This document shows, piece after piece, positions 19,561 to 28,943 of a DNA stretch of 64,000 bases. The position numbers were made by a program, and so were the translations under genes. The DNA comes from a virus (Duplodnaviria; Caudoviricetes): positions 1-64,000 of the IMG/VR virus record IMGVR_UViG_2700989005_000001; one strand, written 5' to 3'. Position 1 is the stretch's first letter. Each line of letters begins with the position of its first letter. The notes below the pieces were generated by a model. It did no database searches. It worked only from the letters and a program-made list of their open reading frames with translations, and had not been told where the DNA came from.

Positions 19561-19637
19561 AAAAAAGGGTTGACTTCGGTCAGCCCTTTTGTGTATTATA
19601 CAACTACTGAAACGAAACAACGAAAGAGAACATTATG
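19561..19637 (+). promoter_or_regulatory. terminator hairpin containing -35 of early promoter, plus leader
   Basis: AAAAGGGTTGAC-TTCG-GTCAGCCCTTTT, TATTAT, GAAACGA...GAGAACATTATG. Confidence 0.8.
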
Positions 19638-19892
19638 ACTGCACAACAAATTATCGCTTCACTAGAATCAACATATGACATCGACTATGCTTGTACAACT
19701 ACTGATGGTGAAGTTCACACAATCACTGAGTATCGTGAAATCATCGGCTGTCTTGTAGTTTCACCGCGTCGAGGTAGTATTGGTGTTGGTTATGTTCATG
19801 ATGACGACACAGATGAAGTTCAACCGTATGATATTACGTGGTTCTCGTCTGATGACCTAAATTCTATCGAAGTTCACATTGATTGCTTATAA
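19635..19892 (+). CDS. hypothetical early protein
   Basis: ORF after cassette. Confidence 0.75.
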   Translation: MTAQQIIASLESTYDIDYACTTTDGEVHTITEYREIIGCLVVSPRRGSIGVGYVHDDDTDEVQPYDITWFSSDDLNSIEVHIDCL

Positions 19893-19904
19893 GAGGAAAA
19901 CATT

Positions 19905-20249
19905 ATGAAAGTTATGAACGCTACTGACTTACGCGCTGTTGAAGCACTTGTCGAACAGAATGACGCAGCGGTCGTTAATAAAGAAAAATACCGCAGTGCT
20001 CTTGCTTTCGCATATGGCTGCATGAACAGTATTCAACGTTCAGTATATCGCGATTATCATCTGAATGTGTTAGCCGAGCGTTATGACATTGAGTACTGCA
20101 ACGATGATCAAGTTATCTTGCCTCACGGTGCATTGAAGGCAACTATCAAATTCATCAAAGAAACTCTAAGTGATTCTGATTATGCAGAACTTAAAGAATA
20201 CTTTCAATTCACAATTGCACTGGCGGTGAACGACAATGAAACGATTTAA
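19905..20249 (+). CDS. hypothetical protein
   Basis: GAGG RBS. Confidence 0.75.
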   Translation: MKVMNATDLRAVEALVEQNDAAVVNKEKYRSALAFAYGCMNSIQRSVYRDYHLNVLAERYDIEYCNDDQVILPHGALKATIKFIKETLSDSDYAELKEYFQFTIALAVNDNETI

Positions 20250-20919
20250 GAAACATATTCGAAAATACGATGAGCATGGAGTTGCTCAGTATAATATGCT
20301 GATGATATTCGGTTTGATGATAGTAATCGCTCTATCAATAGCACTTACTGCGGCAAATATATTATTTTCATTCGAAATACAAAACCCTGACGCGAACATC
20401 ACAACACCGGGTGATTCTTTCTGGACAGTATGGATGGCAATGAGTACAATCGGTTTTGGTGACAAGTACCCTGTCACTACAGGTGGTCGATATGTCATCG
20501 GGTGTATGTTTGTTGTTGGTACATCGTTACTGGGTTTGACTATTGGTATTATCAACTCATGGGTCGTGTCCAAGTTTGATAAAAGCATTCAGAATCGCGT
20601 GTTGAAGAGTCAGAACGATGCATTATTGCACAAACTAGACCGTCTTGAGACGCATTTAGGCATCGATCAAGAAGTTCGATTTGATAAAGATGCACATGGT
20701 ATAGATACAATAATTGATCAGTATTTTGACAGCAACGATAAAGCCGATAGATTTGTTACACTTGGTCAAGATGATAGCGGTCGATATGTCGTAGCAATAA
20801 ATCAGCTAATAGTCGAAACGCAACATACATCAATGAAGTGGCATACTTTCATCAATGAAAAAGATGCTGTTAAATTCTTTGAAGAAACTAGTGAATTATT
20901 TCACACGGAGCTATTATGA
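20236..20919 (+). CDS. 2-TM potassium channel (KcsA-like)
   Basis: TM1, pore helix DSFW, filter STIGFGDKYP, TM2. Confidence 0.88.
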   Translation: MKRFKKHIRKYDEHGVAQYNMLMIFGLMIVIALSIALTAANILFSFEIQNPDANITTPGDSFWTVWMAMSTIGFGDKYPVTTGGRYVIGCMFVVGTSLLGLTIGIINSWVVSKFDKSIQNRVLKSQNDALLHKLDRLETHLGIDQEVRFDKDAHGIDTIIDQYFDSNDKADRFVTLGQDDSGRYVVAINQLIVETQHTSMKWHTFINEKDAVKFFEETSELFHTELL

Positions 20920-21407
20920 TTCGTAAAATTATACTCGTTGCACTAGCAACACTGACACTTGCCGCATGTGACAACAAACCTGCGACGCTTGATACTAACG
21001 CTTACTATGCTGAACAAGAAGATGAACAGCTACTAGTTGACGCACCAACTACTGAAAAGTTTGATGTGACGCCGCCTGTTGTTGAAGAACAACCGCAACA
21101 ACCACAGACAGTCGTTGTACAGCAAGATGACGGGTTTGATTTAGGTGATGCAGCGATTGGTTTTGTTGCTGCTGAGTTAATCGACGAAGTAGGTGATTCT
21201 TTTGAGTCGAAGAAGACGCACGTTAAGCAAGTTGTAATCAAGCAGCCTGTAAAGAAAGCGCCAGTGATTAAACGTGTTGAACCTAAAAAGGTAGAAGCGA
21301 AGAAGATAACAAAGACTGTAGTCAAGAAGAAACAGAAAAAAGAAAGCTTTTTAAATCGAGCAGTCAAAAAAGTGAAAAAATCGAAGTTTAAAAAACGTCG
21401 CAGATAA
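20916..21407 (+). CDS. putative lipoprotein with Lys-rich tail
   Basis: signal peptide with lipobox LAAC; acidic middle, basic C-terminus. Confidence 0.75.
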   Translation: MIRKIILVALATLTLAACDNKPATLDTNAYYAEQEDEQLLVDAPTTEKFDVTPPVVEEQPQQPQTVVVQQDDGFDLGDAAIGFVAAELIDEVGDSFESKKTHVKQVVIKQPVKKAPVIKRVEPKKVEAKKITKTVVKKKQKKESFLNRAVKKVKKSKFKKRRR

Positions 21408-21436
21408 AAAAAGGGAGCAATTAGCTCCCTTTTTTG
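21405..21436. terminator. bidirectional terminator
   Basis: A-run GGGAGC-aatta-GCTCCC T-run; core is the reverse complement of the 11201 terminator. Confidence 0.88.
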
Positions 21437-21997
21437 TTATTTTGACTTCTTAGCGGCTTTTTTAGCACGTTTAGTAGCCTTTTCAATCTTTATCAGCTCT
21501 GCTTCCATCTTCTCAAGACCTTGAAGATATTGATCAGATTGCTTGATGTCGCTACGAAATACGCCTTTCGCTGTTGCAATATCAATGTCACTGTTGAGAC
21601 TTGTGCGAAGCTTACGAACTAAGAACAACGAACGCTCTAAGTCTTTTTCAAATGCTGCTACTTTCTTCTCAGTGATATCGTCTTGTTTCAGTGAGCGATA
21701 CTTCTCGATTTTCTTCATAGTCTTTTTGAGTTCGCTGTAGTCTTTGCGTGCTTGACCGCCTGCAAATAACGCACCACCAATAAGACCATGAATACCGAGA
21801 CTAATTGCACCCCATGTTGCAAGTGGTACAGCGACTGCCAAACCACCTGTTGCTGTCGCACCCGCTGCTGCGGTCATAAAGCCAAATGCAGCACCGAGAG
21901 ATGCACCAGCTAATGCAGAACGACCAGCCCATTGCTTTATTGTAGCTTCTTTAAGCTCTGTTTCTTTATATTCATCAAATGTTTTAAGTTCCATCAC
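21437..21997 (-). CDS. putative virion-internal glycine-zipper membrane protein
   Basis: LKTFDEYKETELKE CTS-like start, Gly/Ala hydrophobic hairpin, basic coiled coil; late promoter upstream. Confidence 0.6.
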   Translation of the reverse strand: MMELKTFDEYKETELKEATIKQWAGRSALAGASLGAAFGFMTAAAGATATGGLAVAVPLATWGAISLGIHGLIGGALFAGGQARKDYSELKKTMKKIEKYRSLKQDDITEKKVAAFEKDLERSLFLVRKLRTSLNSDIDIATAKGVFRSDIKQSDQYLQGLEKMEAELIKIEKATKRAKKAAKKSK

Positions 21998-22026
21998 GGT
22001 ATTCCTTTGTTGTCAGTAATAAAAAA

Positions 22027-22094
22027 CGAGGGAAGCGACTATAGTTGGAACCAATACTCGCAGTGACCAATGCGATACATAGTCACGACCCTCG
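22027..22094 (-). ncRNA. candidate structured RNA / leader
   Basis: nested stems CGAGGG/CCCTCG, GTGACTAT/ATAGTCGC, TCGCA/TGCGA, then U6. Confidence 0.5.
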
Positions 22095-22121
22095 AAACTG
22101 AATAAAATATTGTGTATGATA

Positions 22122-22129
22122 TATTTAGT
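22122..22129 (-). promoter_or_regulatory. late promoter variant ACTAAATA
   Basis: reverse complement of TATTTAGT, upstream of the structured RNA. Confidence 0.55.
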
Positions 22130-22262
22130 GCTACAACACTACTTGATTTACAATTTTCTCATAAAAAAGACAAAATAATTGTTGACTAAAGTGTAAAAAA
22201 TGCTTATCATAAGGCATATTCTGATTAAACGTTCAATAATCCAACAAAAAGAGATTTATATT

Positions 22263-22727
22263 ATGACACCAAAAGACATTCTACGCGCTGCGAACACTAC
22301 TGTTTCTAAGCTGAGTATTTTAAATGGCGAGTACAGCACAGTTGTTCTAGGCTCACCTGCAAGTGGTAAAAACACTATGCTATTGGGTATGATGATGCAA
22401 CGTGGCATCGACAACTGTACAATGATCGTTACAGAAACACATCCCGCTAATATGGCTAATAAAATTGGTGTTGGTGCATTGGTTGTATGTGGTGGACTGA
22501 ATCTTGAAAAACTCATTGAGGCAGTTTCATTTGCATGTACTCAAGATCGTGAACATATCTTCATCGAGCACGTGCAGCCTATGTTAGGTCACGACATCGT
22601 TGAAATTCTAGAGTCAATCGTGAAACCATTCAACAAGCGCATCTACATCGGTATTCAAGCTGCACGCAGTAGCGGTCTAGGTGATAACTATAAAACACAA
22701 ATGATGAATACATTGACACTGGGGTAA
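22263..22727 (+). CDS. degenerate P-loop NTPase-like protein
   Basis: GSPASGKNT Walker A-like motif. Confidence 0.55.
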   Translation: MTPKDILRAANTTVSKLSILNGEYSTVVLGSPASGKNTMLLGMMMQRGIDNCTMIVTETHPANMANKIGVGALVVCGGLNLEKLIEAVSFACTQDREHIFIEHVQPMLGHDIVEILESIVKPFNKRIYIGIQAARSSGLGDNYKTQMMNTLTLG

Positions 22728-22729
22728 TT

Positions 22730-23005
22730 ATGAACTTCTTTCAAATAAGCATGAATTTAGCTATTGACCCATCAATTGAACCAGACGAAGAGTGGGCTGA
22801 TAAGCAATTGATCATTGCTTCTAGTCACGAAATGGCTAGAAAACTTGCTGATGCACGCAAGAAAGGTCGTCATGGTTGGTTCGACCCTAATGTGTGCTCT
22901 ATCGACTATCTCTATGAGTTGCGCGATAAAGCACTTGAAGATAATGATCACGTGAGTGTAATGAACTACACCGCAATGATCGCTATGCGGGAGAGTGTAC
23001 AATGA
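22730..23005 (+). CDS. hypothetical protein
   Basis: ORF; KLADARKKGRHGW phage motif. Confidence 0.7.
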   Translation: MNFFQISMNLAIDPSIEPDEEWADKQLIIASSHEMARKLADARKKGRHGWFDPNVCSIDYLYELRDKALEDNDHVSVMNYTAMIAMRESVQ

Positions 23006-24015
23006 ATGTACTATTCACGAGTCTATTCGGCTCGAAACTCTATGGCACAGACACGCCAGAGTCAGATACAGACTACAAAGCTGTCTTTCAACCTGAAATA
23101 CGTAAACTGTTGCGCGGTGTTGCAATAAAGAACTCAGTACACACGACTGGCAAATCGTTTGAGAAGAACGGTGCAGACGATGAAGACTTTGAATATATAC
23201 CAGTTCAAGTGTTCATGCGTGACTTTCTTGCAGGTCAGTCGTATGCAATTGAATTGGCATTTAATGCACTACAGAACCCAGATGACTGCAACCCTGCATT
23301 CTCTGCTATGTGTCGTGAGTTAACAAGTACGTATTTGACATCAAACGTTAAAGCAATGACTGGTTACGCGCTCAATCAAGCACAGAAGTACGGCATCAAA
23401 GGTACGCGACTAAACAGCCTTATGCAATTCGCCCGTGCTGTAGAGACGCACAACGTCGATTCTAAAGCGAAGTTGGGTTCAAGCCCTGAGTTGTGCAAAC
23501 AACTATGGGAACTGTGTGCAGAAGACGCTCACGTGCGTTTTCAGTGGTATCATGGGCCTAAAACTAAAGACGCGAGCGATTTGAAAGACCCTGCATTCAG
23601 TGTGCTTGAGAAAGTATTCGGTCTTGAGATAACGTTTGAAGAAGCTGCGGGTCGTCTTGAGAAGATGATGAGCAAATATGGTGCTCGTGCATATCAAGCG
23701 CGTGCTGCAAGTGGTTCAGATTGGAAAGCGATATCACATGCCATGCGTGTAATCGATCAAGCAATCGATATACTAACAGTAGGTAAGTTGGAATTCCCTT
23801 TGAAGAACGCAGCGTTCTATCGTGACGTGAAACAAGGTAAGTACAAGTGGGAATATGTGTCTGAAGTGCTGCAAGAACGTCTTGAAGTGCTAGAAAATGC
23901 AAAAGATACAACGTCACTTCCGAATCACACACCTGAATTGGTTAATGATTTCTACGAGTGGTATGATGACTGGCTTGACGAATTCTACTTCCCTTCAGTA
24001 TATAGTTACAATTGA
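23002..24015 (+). CDS. Pol-beta superfamily nucleotidyltransferase (NrdC.11/RlaP-like)
   Basis: GSKLYGTDTPESDTDY, DWKAISHAMR. Confidence 0.85.
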   Translation: MNVLFTSLFGSKLYGTDTPESDTDYKAVFQPEIRKLLRGVAIKNSVHTTGKSFEKNGADDEDFEYIPVQVFMRDFLAGQSYAIELAFNALQNPDDCNPAFSAMCRELTSTYLTSNVKAMTGYALNQAQKYGIKGTRLNSLMQFARAVETHNVDSKAKLGSSPELCKQLWELCAEDAHVRFQWYHGPKTKDASDLKDPAFSVLEKVFGLEITFEEAAGRLEKMMSKYGARAYQARAASGSDWKAISHAMRVIDQAIDILTVGKLEFPLKNAAFYRDVKQGKYKWEYVSEVLQERLEVLENAKDTTSLPNHTPELVNDFYEWYDDWLDEFYFPSVYSYN

Positions 24016-24016
24016 T

Positions 24017-24024
24017 TATAAATA
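24017..24024 (+). promoter_or_regulatory. T4-type late promoter
   Basis: exact TATAAATA. Confidence 0.8.
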
Positions 24025-24049
24025 CGTTAAACAAATAAAGAGGTTTAAC

Positions 24050-24301
24050 ATGAAAGGTTTTAACGATTTTTTCAAAAAAGGTGAAGTCAAACTGCAAGAA
24101 ACTGAACAAGAGTTTCACGAGCGTGTTGTCAAACATCGTAAAGTAGATGATAGCCGTTACCCAGACTTGTCTAATTCAGGTCTAGAGGGTCCATATACTG
24201 ACCTGAATGGTAAAGTTTATTACTACGATGCACGTGAGGGTATGTACTACGACCCTGACACAGACATCTACATCACTGCAAAAGACTTACGTTTACCGTA
24301 A
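24050..24301 (+). CDS. putative internal head protein with YYD repeats
   Basis: late promoter; MKGFNDFF...LQE CTS-like; YYYDAREGMYYDPDTD. Confidence 0.65.
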   Translation: MKGFNDFFKKGEVKLQETEQEFHERVVKHRKVDDSRYPDLSNSGLEGPYTDLNGKVYYYDAREGMYYDPDTDIYITAKDLRLP

Positions 24302-24306
24302 AACAC

Positions 24307-24329
24307 AAAGCGCCTACGGGCGCTTTTTT
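24307..24329 (+). terminator. intrinsic terminator
   Basis: AAAGCGCC-TACG-GGCGCTTT plus T-run. Confidence 0.88.
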
Positions 24330-24343
24330 ATTGAGAGAAATAT

Positions 24344-24799
24344 ATGATTACACTAATTCAAGACCAAAACTCCCTTCAATTCATGTTCAATGATGACCTT
24401 TTGCTATCTGCAACATGGGAATCATACATCGATCAAAACTACAACTGTGAAATGTACAAGACAGCTATGGTTGAAATCCCTTCAATTGGCTGCACTGTCG
24501 TACGCGAAAAATACGACGCTCGTAATATAATCGAAACACTGCTTAAAACACGCGAACTAGAACCAGACGAGTTCGAGTTAATCACAGACCTATTCCCTCA
24601 CGTCGATGTGACTCAAGAAGAACATCACTGGCATTGTGAATGCTGCGGTGGGGTTCATGATACCACAACAAACATATTCAACCAAGAGACTGGTAAAGAA
24701 CTTGAGTTTCATTTCGACGGACATTTTGGTGATAGCACATCGCTCATGCCTCATCAATTACTTGAGTTCTGTCTATATGGTTGGTTAATTGACCAATGA
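24344..24799 (+). CDS. hypothetical protein (HCECC motif)
   Basis: ORF with RBS. Confidence 0.7.
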   Translation: MITLIQDQNSLQFMFNDDLLLSATWESYIDQNYNCEMYKTAMVEIPSIGCTVVREKYDARNIIETLLKTRELEPDEFELITDLFPHVDVTQEEHHWHCECCGGVHDTTTNIFNQETGKELEFHFDGHFGDSTSLMPHQLLEFCLYGWLIDQ

Positions 24800-25170
24800 T
24801 GTCACCGAGAGTACTCGTCTGTGGTGGTCGTAAGTTCAGGGATAGAAAACTTGTTTATGCTGCGTTAGATAAGCTATACAATAGCTTCTATATAGGGCGA
24901 ATGACTATTATAGAAGGCGGCGCACTTGGTGCTGATCGACTTGCGCAAGATTGGGCGAATCAAGCGCACATCGATGTTGATTTAATCACGTGCGAAGCTG
25001 AGTGGGACAAATATGGCGATTCTGCGGGTTTTAAACGCAACTCCGACATGGCTGATCTCAAGCCAGACATATGTTTGGCATTCAAAGGCGGTCGCGGCAC
25101 TCAGAACATGATTGACATTTGTCGAGAGCGTTCAATCAAAGTGCATACGATCAATTGGAAATATAGATGA
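24796..25170 (+). CDS. SLOG-family protein (DUF2493/YspA-like)
   Basis: VLVCGGR, GGALGAD, AGFKRN, GGRGT..M. Confidence 0.85.
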   Translation: MMSPRVLVCGGRKFRDRKLVYAALDKLYNSFYIGRMTIIEGGALGADRLAQDWANQAHIDVDLITCEAEWDKYGDSAGFKRNSDMADLKPDICLAFKGGRGTQNMIDICRERSIKVHTINWKYR

Positions 25171-25180
25171 GGAAAAGATA

Positions 25181-26446
25181 GTGGGTTTAACTAATTGCCA
25201 ACAAGGTGCAATGAATGCGTTTCTCGACTCTGATGGGCATATGACTATTTCTGGTCCCGCGGGTTCTGGTAAGACATTCTTAATGAAGTCTATTCTCGCG
25301 GCACTTGACGCAAAAGGCAAGAACGTAGCAATGGTAGCACCAACTCACCAAGCAAAGAACGTGCTACACAAAATGACAGGTCGTGATGTATCAACGATTC
25401 ACAGTCTACTGAAAATTCACCCAGACACGTATGAAGATCAGAAGCACTTCAAGCAAGCTGGTGATGTTGAAGGTCTAGACGAAATTGATGTGCTTGTGGT
25501 CGAAGAAGCAAGTATGATCGACAATGAGCTATACGACATCATGGGTAAAACAATGCCACGCAAGTGTCGCATTCTAGGTGTTGGTGATAAGTATCAGCTT
25601 CAACCAGTGAAACATGAGCCTGGTATTATCTCACCGATGTTCACTAAGTTCAACACTTATGAAATGACTGAAGTTGTACGACAAGCAAAAGACAACCCGT
25701 TGATTCAAGTCGCAACTGAAGTACGTCAAGGTGAATGGCTACGCACTAACTGGTCAAAAGAGCTGCGTCAAGGCGTTTTGCACGTTCCGAACGTGAATAA
25801 AATGCTAGACACTTACTTGAGTAAAATCAACACCCCTGAAGACTTGCTTGACTATCGTATTCTTGCTTACACAAACGATTGTGTTGATACGTTCAATGGT
25901 ATTATTCGTGAGCACATTTACAACACGAGCGAACCATTTATCCCGAATGAGTATCTTGTAACACAAATGCCAGTTATGCAGTCAAACGGGAAGTACCCTG
26001 TTTGTGTCATTGACAATGGTGAAATCGTTAAGATTCTTGATGTTCGTCAGAAAACAATCGATGGTATGTTACCAAAAGTAGACAACGAATCGTTTGATGT
26101 TGCTGTGCTAACTGTTGAGAAAGACGATGGTAATGTGTATGAGTTCACTGTTCTGTGGGATGACCTACAGAAAGAACGCTTTGCGCGTTACTTGATGGTT
26201 GCTGCTGGTACTTACAAGTCGATGCGTGGTAATACTAAACGCTACTGGCGTGCTTTCTGGGGCTTGAAAGAGCAGATGATTGAAACTAAGTCTCTTGGTG
26301 CATCAACAACTCACAAGTCACAAGGTACGACTGTTAAAGGTGTGTGTATCTACACTCAAGACATGGGATACGCCGAGCCAGAGATTGTTCAGCAACTTGC
26401 TTATGTTGCACTAACTCGACCAACAGATTGGGCATTGTACAATTAA
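25181..26446 (+). CDS. dda: Dda SF1B DNA helicase
   Basis: GPAGSGKT, APTHQA, EEASM, GDKYQLQPV, THKSQGTT. Confidence 0.93.
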   Translation: MGLTNCQQGAMNAFLDSDGHMTISGPAGSGKTFLMKSILAALDAKGKNVAMVAPTHQAKNVLHKMTGRDVSTIHSLLKIHPDTYEDQKHFKQAGDVEGLDEIDVLVVEEASMIDNELYDIMGKTMPRKCRILGVGDKYQLQPVKHEPGIISPMFTKFNTYEMTEVVRQAKDNPLIQVATEVRQGEWLRTNWSKELRQGVLHVPNVNKMLDTYLSKINTPEDLLDYRILAYTNDCVDTFNGIIREHIYNTSEPFIPNEYLVTQMPVMQSNGKYPVCVIDNGEIVKILDVRQKTIDGMLPKVDNESFDVAVLTVEKDDGNVYEFTVLWDDLQKERFARYLMVAAGTYKSMRGNTKRYWRAFWGLKEQMIETKSLGASTTHKSQGTTVKGVCIYTQDMGYAEPEIVQQLAYVALTRPTDWALYN

Positions 26447-26524
26447 TTTCAAAAAGTAGTTGACAAAACGTGTGAGTGGCAGTAATATGTCACTCAACGC
26501 CTAACGAAACAAGAGAACAAAATC

Positions 26525-26839
26525 ATGAAATTCAAAATGCCTAACTGGCTTGACAACACTGTGATTCTCGCTCAAGAAGCTAAATCACACCCTCGTATCA
26601 CTGCTGCTGTTCTTGTAGCTGTATTAGCACTTGGTTATGTCAGTTATACTCGTGTACCTGCAATTGCATCGTGTACATGGACTGCTGTAATCGATCAATC
26701 TGTACCATGGGATTTGTGGCGTCACAACATGTGGAACAATAACTGTCAATACTACAATGGCACTCGTTGGATTGCATTAGAGAAAGTCATGGACGTTGGC
26801 GCAGGTTCTGCTGAAGAACTAGAGGAATTGGCTCTATGA
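26525..26839 (+). CDS. hypothetical membrane-anchored protein
   Basis: single TM segment; early promoter TTGACA upstream. Confidence 0.7.
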   Translation: MKFKMPNWLDNTVILAQEAKSHPRITAAVLVAVLALGYVSYTRVPAIASCTWTAVIDQSVPWDLWRHNMWNNNCQYYNGTRWIALEKVMDVGAGSAEELEELAL

Positions 26840-27079
26840 TCTTAGCAACTGCTGAAGAAGTTCAAGAATACTTAGACAAAGCGCGTGCATGGTTATGCAC
26901 GCCGTCTGGTAGAATGTTCAACGATTGTAAGTCTGTTGCTCGTACGGCATATGCAGAAGCATTAGCAAACGTAGACGGTAAAACAATCTACAATTTGAAA
27001 CAAAAGCGAGATTAATAGCAAATTCATATGAAATCATGTGAATAATGTGTTAAATTCCAATAAATAAGAGTGATATATT

Positions 27080-27841
27080 ATGAGTATTGCAACTACATCT
27101 GGGCATCGCTTCGGCATGCTTGTTAAATCAATCACAACTGGCATCGAAGGTACGGTAATCGGTATCACACAGTGCATCGCAGGGTGTGAATTGCTTGAAG
27201 TTCGAGCAAAAGACGCTAAAAATGAAGTGAAAACTCATGTTTTTAGCTCGAAATTAGTCGAAATCGTCAATTCTAATCGAGTTGAAGAGTATGAAGCTAT
27301 CTTCGCAGAGACAAATACTACAATGCCAATTCGTCTTGGTGATGAAGTTGAAGACACAGTTTCAGAAGCGAAAGGTATCGTAACTGAAATTCAATACTCA
27401 GTGAACGCAGCACCTAATGTGCTTTTGATTAAGCCATACGCAGAGCATGAAACGAATATTTATGCATCTGCGCGGGTCATTAGCTGTAAGCAAACAGGTC
27501 ACTCGATTCACGATAAGATCATCAACAATCGTCAAAAGCGTGAGCGTGATGAGCTTAAAGTGGAATTGCTGCAAAAAGCTCGATGCATGGCAACTGGCGC
27601 AACTGGCTTAGTCACTGCCATTTTCAATCAAGCAAACGGGACAATCTCGGTTGGTATTCAACCCGTGAGTAAAGAAGGTCGACTACTCGATACTCATTAT
27701 ACCGATATTGAATTAGTCGAAATCGTCACTGAAGAAGCAAAGAAAATCGTTCAACCTAAAGAGACAAAGCTCAAGAAAAGTGGCTCACTGCGCTCCCATG
27801 AACTGTCTTCATTGCGACGCAGTGGTATGCATACAGTGTAA
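27080..27841 (+). CDS. hypothetical protein with three internal repeats
   Basis: three V....TG..G.V..I units. Confidence 0.7.
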   Translation: MSIATTSGHRFGMLVKSITTGIEGTVIGITQCIAGCELLEVRAKDAKNEVKTHVFSSKLVEIVNSNRVEEYEAIFAETNTTMPIRLGDEVEDTVSEAKGIVTEIQYSVNAAPNVLLIKPYAEHETNIYASARVISCKQTGHSIHDKIINNRQKRERDELKVELLQKARCMATGATGLVTAIFNQANGTISVGIQPVSKEGRLLDTHYTDIELVEIVTEEAKKIVQPKETKLKKSGSLRSHELSSLRRSGMHTV

Positions 27842-27892
27842 AACTAACAGCGCCATATTTGCACGTGTGCAACAAGCACAAGGAAGCACAAT

Positions 27893-28354
27893 ATGAAGTT
27901 CGCATTGTTAAGCTTGGCAATAATGCCATTGATTGCGAACGCACACGTACACGATGATTGGATGACTGTTCATCGTGTTGATGTTCGCACACATGAGCCA
28001 ATACACACTGCAAGCACGAACTCAGTCAATCGTCTTGCTGTGCTCACAATTGACTGTGATAAAGCAATCACGTTGTATGAAACGAGAGCATACCTGACCG
28101 CTGCAAAACCGGACGAAATCTGGTATTCACTAGATGGGAACCCATACGTGCGAGTCGAGAGTAATCAGTTACAACAACAATCATCTGTCACGACTTATCT
28201 TGGTAATAGTGATGATGTTATCGATACGCTCAAAACAGGAAATATGCTCGAATATGTTGTAAACAACGGGCACGGTGTGTCATACTCGTATCATTTTAGT
28301 CTACACGGCATGAATGATGCATATGACGCACTCGGTGAATTATGCAAGTGGTAA
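27893..28354 (+). CDS. putative exported/periplasmic protein
   Basis: signal peptide ending ANA; Cys pair. Confidence 0.65.
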   Translation: MKFALLSLAIMPLIANAHVHDDWMTVHRVDVRTHEPIHTASTNSVNRLAVLTIDCDKAITLYETRAYLTAAKPDEIWYSLDGNPYVRVESNQLQQQSSVTTYLGNSDDVIDTLKTGNMLEYVVNNGHGVSYSYHFSLHGMNDAYDALGELCKW

Positions 28355-28358
28355 CAAA

Positions 28359-28874
28359 ATGAAAGTTATATTCTTGGACATAGACGGCGTTCTAAACAAC
28401 GCTTTAGAAGTCGATGAGCACATGGACGTGCTATTGAATGGCGAGTATCAAGGGATTTATTCGCCTCGATGCGTCGACCGTTTAAATGATCTCATTAAAA
28501 GAACTGACGCACGCATTGTGCTTACAAGTGTGTGGCGTTGTGGTCTTAGTATCGATGAGATCAATACAGTGCTTAATGATATGGGTGTTAATGGTGAATG
28601 TATCGGCAAAACAGATATGCTCGACCATCAATACTCATGGGCTTTTCGTGGTAATGAGATTCTTAAATGGATTCAAGACAATGAAGAGTTGCTTGGTAAG
28701 CGATACGACTTTCGAAGCTATGTCATCTTAGATGATGACACTGATATGTTGTTATGGCAACGTCATAACTATGTAAACTGCGACCCAGAGATCGGTATGA
28801 CGGATCGAGTAGTCGCAAAAGCTGCTGCAATACTTAATAACGCAATTTGTTCTGATGCAGGTCAAGAGTTTTAA
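28359..28874 (+). CDS. HAD phosphatase (HAD_SAK-like)
   Basis: VIFLDIDGVLN, TSVWR, RGNEI..W, YVILDD. Confidence 0.85.
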   Translation: MKVIFLDIDGVLNNALEVDEHMDVLLNGEYQGIYSPRCVDRLNDLIKRTDARIVLTSVWRCGLSIDEINTVLNDMGVNGECIGKTDMLDHQYSWAFRGNEILKWIQDNEELLGKRYDFRSYVILDDDTDMLLWQRHNYVNCDPEIGMTDRVVAKAAAILNNAICSDAGQEF

Positions 28875-28943
28875 AGTATTTGACACAAACAACAATAGAT
28901 GTAATAATCTAATCTCAATCAATGACAAAATGGGGAGCCCAAT

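Noticed and set aside
22027-22094. tRNA
   Set aside because: No TTC T-loop, no D-loop GG, no CCA or cloverleaf geometry.
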